A DNA stretch of 64,000 nt, taken from positions 128,880 to 192,879 of the forward strand of contig MFEQ01000006.1 in assembly GCA_001777665.1 (NCBI GenBank). Reading direction: 5' to 3'. Positions within the stretch are counted from its first letter, which is position 1; each line of letters opens with the position of its first letter. Below, in pieces: positions 57,498 to 64,000 of the stretch. The notes beneath the pieces were generated by a model. The model was given only the letters and a program-made list of their open reading frames with translations. It ran no database searches and had not been told where the DNA came from. This stretch comes from Candidatus Doudnabacteria bacterium RIFCSPHIGHO2_02_FULL_42_25 (lineage in GTDB: Bacteria; Patescibacteriota; Doudnabacteria; UBA920; O2-02-FULL-48-8). A program made the position numbers and the translations under genes.

Positions 57498-58823
57498 ATG
57501 CGAATTTGGCTACTAGGAACTGAGGGTCGGCTGGCCAAGATGGCACGACATCTCAACAAGTTCGGACACGACGTGTTCTTTTCCGGGCCCGGTTGTCCTG
57601 GAACTGAACGACATGCTTCGCGCATCAAATTCGATCTCAAGGAACTGGACTTCCAGAAGATGCGGCAACTCGCATCGGACCACGCGATCGATTTGGCTGT
57701 TCCAGGTTCCGAGGACCTACTCGATCAAGGAATCGTCAACGAGTTCGAAGGAGTTTGCCGGGTATTCGGTCCGACGCGTGAAGCGGTCAAACTCGAAACC
57801 GACAAACGGTTCTCCTACGAAATCATGACGAATGTCAAAATCCCACAGGCCTTCACCCGATGGTACGAGAACTTCCATATCGCTTACGGGGATCTCAAAT
57901 CCCACTTCGATAACTTCGACCTGCCGCTCGTAATCAAGCCACAAGGTCCCACTGCCGGGAAAGGTGTTATCGTCGCACACGATCTGGCAACTGGCAAAAA
58001 AGCCTTGAAGGACATGCTGGTTGATCATAAGTACAAAGAAGCCAGCCGCATGATCGGACTCGCTGACTACCTGACAGGCTCGGAGTGCACTGTATTCGTC
58101 CTCAGCGACGGGCACGAAGACTCGATCCGATTTTTTGCAGCGGCACGTGACTGCAAAGCCGCCTGGCCAGCCAAGGATGGCAAGCCTGCAGGACCGAACA
58201 CGGGTGGCATGTGGGGACTTTCAAGCATCCCAGAATGGGATGAGTTCCTTTACGAAGAAGTAATGGGCTATGCACGAAACGTTATCAGACTCATGCGTCG
58301 AATGCGGCATCCTTTCCGAGGGTGCCTCTATATCTCGCTGAAGCTCGTACCCATGGAAGATCTCCCACGACTTGTGACACCTACGGTGGTCGAATTCAAC
58401 GGCAGATTCGGTGATCCGGAAGCGCAAGCCACGTTCGAGCGACTCGAAAGTGACCTCGCTCCGATTCTCTGGGCTTGCACGGAATCAGGCAAGCTCAATT
58501 CAGTCGAAATCAAGATGAGCGATCGCGTCGGTGGTTGTCTCGTCATTGCCGCCCCGGGTTATCCGGAATCCTCTCAGAAGGGAGGAAAGATCACTGGGAC
58601 CGAGGAAGCCGAAGCCCTAGGTGTGGAAGTCGAACATTGCGGCACCAAACTCAACGACGCCAACGAACTAGTCGTCGACGGCGGCAGGGTTCTCAACCTC
58701 AATGCTTCTGATGCTAACGTTGAGGCACTCCGCGACAAACTGAACAGAGCAGCGGCCTGCATCCACTTCGAAGGAGGTCAGCACTGGCGCAACGACTTCG
58801 GTGATCCCTCAGTAGCGTCATAG
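57498..58823 (+). CDS. purD: Divergent phosphoribosylamine--glycine ligase
   Basis: VFGPTREA, AGKGV, GPNTGGM, EFNGRFGDPE, GGRVL; several N-terminal motifs degenerate. Confidence 0.8.
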   Translation: MRIWLLGTEGRLAKMARHLNKFGHDVFFSGPGCPGTERHASRIKFDLKELDFQKMRQLASDHAIDLAVPGSEDLLDQGIVNEFEGVCRVFGPTREAVKLETDKRFSYEIMTNVKIPQAFTRWYENFHIAYGDLKSHFDNFDLPLVIKPQGPTAGKGVIVAHDLATGKKALKDMLVDHKYKEASRMIGLADYLTGSECTVFVLSDGHEDSIRFFAAARDCKAAWPAKDGKPAGPNTGGMWGLSSIPEWDEFLYEEVMGYARNVIRLMRRMRHPFRGCLYISLKLVPMEDLPRLVTPTVVEFNGRFGDPEAQATFERLESDLAPILWACTESGKLNSVEIKMSDRVGGCLVIAAPGYPESSQKGGKITGTEEAEALGVEVEHCGTKLNDANELVVDGGRVLNLNASDANVEALRDKLNRAAACIHFEGGQHWRNDFGDPSVAS

Positions 58824-58865
58824 TCTGCAAGCATCAAGCGAGCAATTCGCTTGGTGTTCTTTTTT

Positions 58866-60080
58866 TTAAAATTTATATTGGCCATTGGTGTAGATAATCT
58901 TTGATCGGCCATTGTTCCAATGCGCAGTGATTGTTCGAGGTGTAGTCGTAACCACATCAGTGTGCACAGTGGATTCGTTGTATCCCAATTTTAATTTATC
59001 AGCTTTCGTAAGTTTAGCTGGGTTACCTACGTAGGTATCTACGTAGGAAGCGCCCAGGGCAACGTGAGAGTTGCCATATTCGCCTCCGATATTTTCATCA
59101 AACAAAGTCTCGGCCATGAATTTATCAATTTTCGAAAACCGGCGATCAGTCATGGAGAATTCCCCTAGCTTATTTGCGTTCGGGGTAGCGATCATGTGTT
59201 TGAGGAGAGCTTCATTTTTTTTCGCAGTCGCTTTGGTCACCAGTCCGTTTTTGAATTCTAGATAGATTCCAGTGACTATATTCCCATATCGATACAGCGG
59301 TTGATTGAATCGCATCCAACCATTCGTCCCTCGCCAGTCTGGAGAAGTAAAAATCTCAAAGCTCGGAATATTCCGGCCACTTCCACCCAGCCAATTCCGG
59401 GTTTTACCTATCGTCACCCACAAATTCGCATCAGAGCCAGTGACATGCACTTTATCAATTTTCATTTTATTCAATTTCAATCGGTAAGACTCCAACTGAT
59501 TGGCAACCGATTTCCATTTGGCAATCGGATTTTTTTCATTGAGAAAACAAGCTTTGATAATCTGATTCCAGTACTCTTTCAAACTCAGCCCAGCTTCATG
59601 AGCCATGGCTTCTGTCCCATAGAGTGCTAGGGTCCAAGTAAATTTTCCTTTGTGCTCTTTGGCATTGCGCCACTCGATGTATGGTTTATGTGATTCACCT
59701 CTCGCCATAATTTTCTGTGGATCGACACCGTGGAGAGCCCTGACATCTGTCTCACTTAATACATAAATCGAATGATCAATCTCATCCACTATCCCCTTCA
59801 TGTATTTGCTCGGAAAAAATTTGATCTGATGATCCTGGGCATTCACGAAAAATTCTTTTTCAAAGTTATACGGATGATGTTGATCTGGTCGATAAGATGA
59901 GATAACATGACCACCTGCTTTGAGTACAGCTCGGTATAATTCCAAATACAGGGGTTTGGCCGATTCATGACAAATAAGCATGACTACATCACCATGCTGA
60001 ATACCCTTGCCGCCGTTGAGGGCGTAATTGACTAAGACATTGGCGTAGTTTTTCAAAATCTTCTGGGATGGTGTATACAT
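58866..60080 (-). CDS. Aminopeptidase, M29 (AmpS/AmpT) family
   Basis: NIPSFEIFTSP, LGEF, LFDENIGG, HVALG, STVHTD. Confidence 0.93.
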   Translation of the reverse strand: MYTPSQKILKNYANVLVNYALNGGKGIQHGDVVMLICHESAKPLYLELYRAVLKAGGHVISSYRPDQHHPYNFEKEFFVNAQDHQIKFFPSKYMKGIVDEIDHSIYVLSETDVRALHGVDPQKIMARGESHKPYIEWRNAKEHKGKFTWTLALYGTEAMAHEAGLSLKEYWNQIIKACFLNEKNPIAKWKSVANQLESYRLKLNKMKIDKVHVTGSDANLWVTIGKTRNWLGGSGRNIPSFEIFTSPDWRGTNGWMRFNQPLYRYGNIVTGIYLEFKNGLVTKATAKKNEALLKHMIATPNANKLGEFSMTDRRFSKIDKFMAETLFDENIGGEYGNSHVALGASYVDTYVGNPAKLTKADKLKLGYNESTVHTDVVTTTPRTITAHWNNGRSKIIYTNGQYKF

Positions 60081-60137
60081 AGGGTTACTTTATGGTATAA
60101 TAAGACAAAGATCAACCTTAAAAAGGATACAAAAAAT

Positions 60138-61280
60138 ATGAAAATTGAGCAAAAACGCTGGACGAAGGATGGAGGCTGGGAGAATCTTTCCACTCAAGCT
60201 GGAATTAATCCCCAATTAGTTTTGGCATTTGGCGAACGGACGCTTATCGAAGACCCCAATAATTTTCAACAGATCAAAAGCTTTTACCCAAGCGCGAACA
60301 TTATCGTCTGCTCCACGGCTGGTGAAATTTTAGGGGATAAAGTTACGGATAATTCTATCGTGGTCAGTGCTATCGAATTCGAAAAAACTCAACTCCAGTT
60401 CCAACAAGCAGTGATCGGACAAGCCGATGACAGTAAAAAAGTTGGTAACCAGTTAGCAGAAACTTTGCCGAAAGAAGGATTGGTTCACGCCATGGTGTTT
60501 TCCGATGGCTTGAAAGTCAACGGCACGGCCCTAGTCAATGGGCTAAATGAAAAACTTCCGCCAACGGTATCAGTGACAGGAGGCTTGGTCGGCGATGGGG
60601 CGAATTTCAAAAAAACTTCACTGGGACTAAATGAACCTGGTCAGGAAGGTAAGGTTATTTTAGTCGGCTTTTATGGAACCAATCTCAAAATTGGTTATGG
60701 GTCCCTTGGAGGTTGGGATGCGTTTGGTGTAGAACGTGTAATTACCAAAGCTAAAAATAATATCCTATATGAATTGGATGGCCAGCCAGCCCTAAAACTT
60801 TATAAAGAATATCTGGGCGACCAAGCTGCAGGACTGCCTTCGACCGGCCTCCTCTTTCCTCTACGCTTACGTTTAAATGACGGCAAACAGACCGAAGTTG
60901 TCCGAACGATTCTAGCAGTGGATGAAAAAGAACAAAGTATGACATTTGCCGGGGACATGCCCGAAGGCACACCAGCGGCACTAATGAAGGCAAATTTCGA
61001 ACGCTTAATCGATGGAGCTTCTGGCGCTGGCAACATGAGTGTCGAACAACTAGGCAAACAAGAACCAGAACTAGCGGTCCTGATTAGTTGTGTCGGCCGG
61101 AAACTGGTGCTGAAAGAACGAATCGATGAAGAAATCGAAGCGGTTCGCACAGCGATTGGTAAAAATTCAGCCATCACTGGGTTCTATTCTTATGGAGAAC
61201 TCTGTCCCACCGCAGCCACGGAAAAACAATGCCAGCTCCACAACCAAACCATGACCATCACGACATTTCGCGAAGTCTAA
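60138..61280 (+). CDS. FIST (NosP-like) sensory domain protein
   Basis: CSTAGEI, GGLVGD, YELDGQPA, SCVGRK, GFYSYGE, LHNQT. Confidence 0.92.
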   Translation: MKIEQKRWTKDGGWENLSTQAGINPQLVLAFGERTLIEDPNNFQQIKSFYPSANIIVCSTAGEILGDKVTDNSIVVSAIEFEKTQLQFQQAVIGQADDSKKVGNQLAETLPKEGLVHAMVFSDGLKVNGTALVNGLNEKLPPTVSVTGGLVGDGANFKKTSLGLNEPGQEGKVILVGFYGTNLKIGYGSLGGWDAFGVERVITKAKNNILYELDGQPALKLYKEYLGDQAAGLPSTGLLFPLRLRLNDGKQTEVVRTILAVDEKEQSMTFAGDMPEGTPAALMKANFERLIDGASGAGNMSVEQLGKQEPELAVLISCVGRKLVLKERIDEEIEAVRTAIGKNSAITGFYSYGELCPTAATEKQCQLHNQTMTITTFREV

Positions 61281-61286
61281 TCATAA

Positions 61287-62657
61287 ATGCATCGAATCCT
61301 CAAAAGACAAGTTGAACGAACCTTCGAAGATGTCTCAAAACTGACGCCGGAGGTTAAATCATTACTCGATCTGGTCAGTAACACTTACGACCATTTCGAC
61401 GAAGATCGGAAATTACTCGATCGGTCTTTGAGTTTGAGTTCTCAAGAATTTTTGGAGAAAAGTAAAAATTTAGTCGAAGCTAAAACGAAAATTGAAGAAA
61501 TCGTCCATGAACGGACCCAAGAACTTCGCAAAACCCAGGCACGACTAATCGCTTCCATCGAAAGTTTGTCTCTCGGGTTTTTGATTTTAGATGAAAAGGG
61601 TAAGGTTTTTTTGGGCAACCGAATGTTCAACGAAATTCTGGGGGTAAGTGCTGATAATTCAGTGGAACAAATTGACGATCAGCTCGGTGACAAAATCAAT
61701 CTCAAATCAATGTTTGACGATGCGATTACCAATCGAAAAACTCTGTCTGCAAAAATTCCTTACGGCCAGAAATCATTGACCGTTTTTGTCAGCCCGATTG
61801 CCCTCAATCCTGCCAAAAGTATTGGCGCTGTGCTGGTGATCGAGGATATCACCAAAGAACAACAAATCGACCGGGCGAAAACCGAATTCGTGAGTATGGC
61901 CAGCCACCAGCTGCGCACTCCCCTGACCATCGTCAAATGGCACATCGAAGCCATGCGGCTAAAGCTGCTCAATCATCCCTACGAACGAGTGATTAAAAAA
62001 AACCTCGATCATATCGACGAGGGAACGAAACGGATGATTGCTTTGGTCAAGGCCTTACTCAACGCCTCCAGAGTTGAACTCGGGAAAATGTCAGTCATCC
62101 CAGAACCGCTCGATTTTTTGGAACAATGCAAAAACGTCATGGAAGAACTAACTGAAGAAATTAAAGTTAAAAATCTCCATGTCGTGGAAACGTTTGATCC
62201 GAATTTGCCTGAAATGACCGCGGACCAGAATATTTTAACTATGATTATCCAAAACTTATTAACCAACTCTGTGAAATACACTCCTCCAGATGGCAACATC
62301 CTCATAACAGCCAACCTTGCTGAAAACAACATGATCTTGTTTAAAATCACAGACAGTGGTTATGGTATCCCGAAAGAAGCGCAGAACAAAATTTACACAA
62401 AACTCTTCCGGGCTGATAACGTTAAACTCCTGAAACTCGGCGGTACGGGATTGGGTTTATACATCACCAAAGCCATCGTCGAAGCCGCCGGTGGAAAAAT
62501 ATGGTTTGAATCACCAGCAGCCATGCCCGCAGGAGTATTCAATACTACTCCGGAACAACCTGGAACCGCCTTCTCTGTCCTCCTTCCCATTAAATGGAAA
62601 CCGAAAGAAGAAGGAGTCTCACTGACTGCTGACGATAGTGATTTGCTTTATACATAA
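61287..62657 (+). CDS. PAS-containing sensor histidine kinase
   Basis: ASHQLRTPL, NLLTNSVKY, DSGYGI, GTGLGL. Confidence 0.95.
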   Translation: MHRILKRQVERTFEDVSKLTPEVKSLLDLVSNTYDHFDEDRKLLDRSLSLSSQEFLEKSKNLVEAKTKIEEIVHERTQELRKTQARLIASIESLSLGFLILDEKGKVFLGNRMFNEILGVSADNSVEQIDDQLGDKINLKSMFDDAITNRKTLSAKIPYGQKSLTVFVSPIALNPAKSIGAVLVIEDITKEQQIDRAKTEFVSMASHQLRTPLTIVKWHIEAMRLKLLNHPYERVIKKNLDHIDEGTKRMIALVKALLNASRVELGKMSVIPEPLDFLEQCKNVMEELTEEIKVKNLHVVETFDPNLPEMTADQNILTMIIQNLLTNSVKYTPPDGNILITANLAENNMILFKITDSGYGIPKEAQNKIYTKLFRADNVKLLKLGGTGLGLYITKAIVEAAGGKIWFESPAAMPAGVFNTTPEQPGTAFSVLLPIKWKPKEEGVSLTADDSDLLYT

Positions 62658-62668
62658 TTAATTTTTTC

Positions 62669-63079
62669 ATGGCTAGTACTTTTGGGGACAAATTAATACT
62701 AATTGTTGAAGACGAAGACGCCTTAGCCGAGGTTTTGGCTGATACTTTAGAGATCGAAGGATTCAAAGTCAAAGTTTGCGGCAATGGTGAAGAAGGTCTG
62801 AAGTATGCGTTAGAAAGCCATCCGGACTTGATACTTTTGGATATGCTGATGCCGAAAATGAATGGTATGACCATGCTCACCGAACTTCGCAAACAGCAAA
62901 AATCCCCCATCAGTCCCGTGATTTTCTTTACCAATCTCAACCAGCTGGACAAAATCGCCAGCGCCGTCGAAGAAGGTGCTGAAGGCTACATGATCAAAGC
63001 CGAAACCTCACTCGAAGAAATAGTCAAAAAAGTTATAGATTTTTTCGAAAAAAAGGCCCGCCCGCCATCGCAAGCCTGA
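62669..63079 (+). CDS. Single-domain response regulator
   Basis: IVEDE, PDLILLDMLMPKMNG. Confidence 0.93.
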   Translation: MASTFGDKLILIVEDEDALAEVLADTLEIEGFKVKVCGNGEEGLKYALESHPDLILLDMLMPKMNGMTMLTELRKQQKSPISPVIFFTNLNQLDKIASAVEEGAEGYMIKAETSLEEIVKKVIDFFEKKARPPSQA

Positions 63080-63153
63080 TAGTATTGCTTTAATTCTTGC
63101 TCAGGCGTTGCGGGCGGGAAGCTACCAGTAAAGCTAAGCCAAGCGTTTAAATC

Positions 63154-63888
63154 CTAGTCTGAAACCAAGATATTCCCGGTCATGGTCGAGGCATGGGCGC
63201 TGCAATGGTATGGATAAATTCCATTAGTTGTAAAAAGAATGGTATAACTTTCCCCGGTCTTCAATGCCTGGGAATTTTGAGCTGGATAATAAGTATGATC
63301 GGGGTGGGAGTCAGTGTTTACATAGTGCTCGACGACCTCATCGTTAACCCAAGTCACTTTGGTTCCGGGTTTGATTTTTATATCCCTTGGCTTAAACATT
63401 AATTCAGACATTTTTATAGTTACTTCGTTTTCGTTAATTTCCTGATAGTTAAGCGCAAGGAAATGATCAATCGCAAATTCAAAGTGACCCTCATGGCAGG
63501 ATCGGTCTGGCCAGCAAGCCGTATAATTAACTTTATATAGTCCATTTGGTGCTGCTGGATTAAAATTTCTCCGCATCGCTAATTTATCGGAATCAATTTG
63601 AAGATCCCCGACACCATACTCCACGTCGTCTTTGATGATGGAAATCGACGACGGCGGGGCCAGATCAAAATTAAAATCAATAACAATATTTATTGGGGCA
63701 GCGGCTAAAACCGATCCGTGTGCCGGTGTGTTAGTTTCATAATGCGCACTTTTCTTTGGTGTGTTAAAAGAAATTGGGTTACTTTCAGTCTTTAAGTTAG
63801 TCGGCTCACTATTGGTATTATCGAGAAATAACCAAATTCCTAGAGCAATTACAACCAAAATAACCGGCAAAATAATTTTTTTTGACAT
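63154..63888 (-). CDS. CopC-like plus cupredoxin (plastocyanin-like) copper-binding protein
   Basis: AHYETNTPAHG, DRSCHEG; VTWVN..H.V...YHCSAHASTM type-1 Cu ligands. Confidence 0.85.
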   Translation of the reverse strand: MSKKIILPVILVVIALGIWLFLDNTNSEPTNLKTESNPISFNTPKKSAHYETNTPAHGSVLAAAPINIVIDFNFDLAPPSSISIIKDDVEYGVGDLQIDSDKLAMRRNFNPAAPNGLYKVNYTACWPDRSCHEGHFEFAIDHFLALNYQEINENEVTIKMSELMFKPRDIKIKPGTKVTWVNDEVVEHYVNTDSHPDHTYYPAQNSQALKTGESYTILFTTNGIYPYHCSAHASTMTGNILVSD

Positions 63889-64000
63889 AATTTTTTTATT
63901 AATGACGATAATTAGAATAAATCAAACTCAATATTTTTGCTAAATTGATTACAATCAAGCCCGTCAACAGCCAATAATCTAAATTGTGAGTAAATAATTG

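Overview
Bacterial chromosomal window using genetic code 11. Gene content and compactness suggest a CPR/Patescibacteria-type genome (inference). Housekeeping genes include rpsL-rpsG-fusA(5' part), rpmB, mscL, parB, glyA, tsaC, leuS, tatD, metG, nfo, glyQS, tgt, pnp, rpsO and two tRNAs. There is also an FMN-riboswitch flavin-salvage cluster, an IS481 element, a split LigD, purS/purN/purD, and a FIST two-component locus. The stand-out feature is a ~15 kb array (6173-21039). It has one stand-alone PEP-synthase-type ATP-grasp gene followed by eight paralogs (plus a 3' remnant of a ninth), each with a highly variable N-terminal domain fused to a conserved phospho-His swivel domain. Four histidine-phosphatase-fold genes are interleaved; three are GC-rich antisense cassettes with their own promoters and a shared hairpin. 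This looks like a modular 'one ATP engine, many substrate adaptors, plus erasers' phosphotransferase system. Other notable signals: a promoter-driven small RNA overlapping the end of an NYN nuclease gene, three palindromic direct repeats bracketing a PaaX/Cas2-like gene, a hydrolase domain inserted in LeuS, in-frame palindromic repeats in housekeeping proteins, and many GC-rich self-contained micro-gene cassettes.
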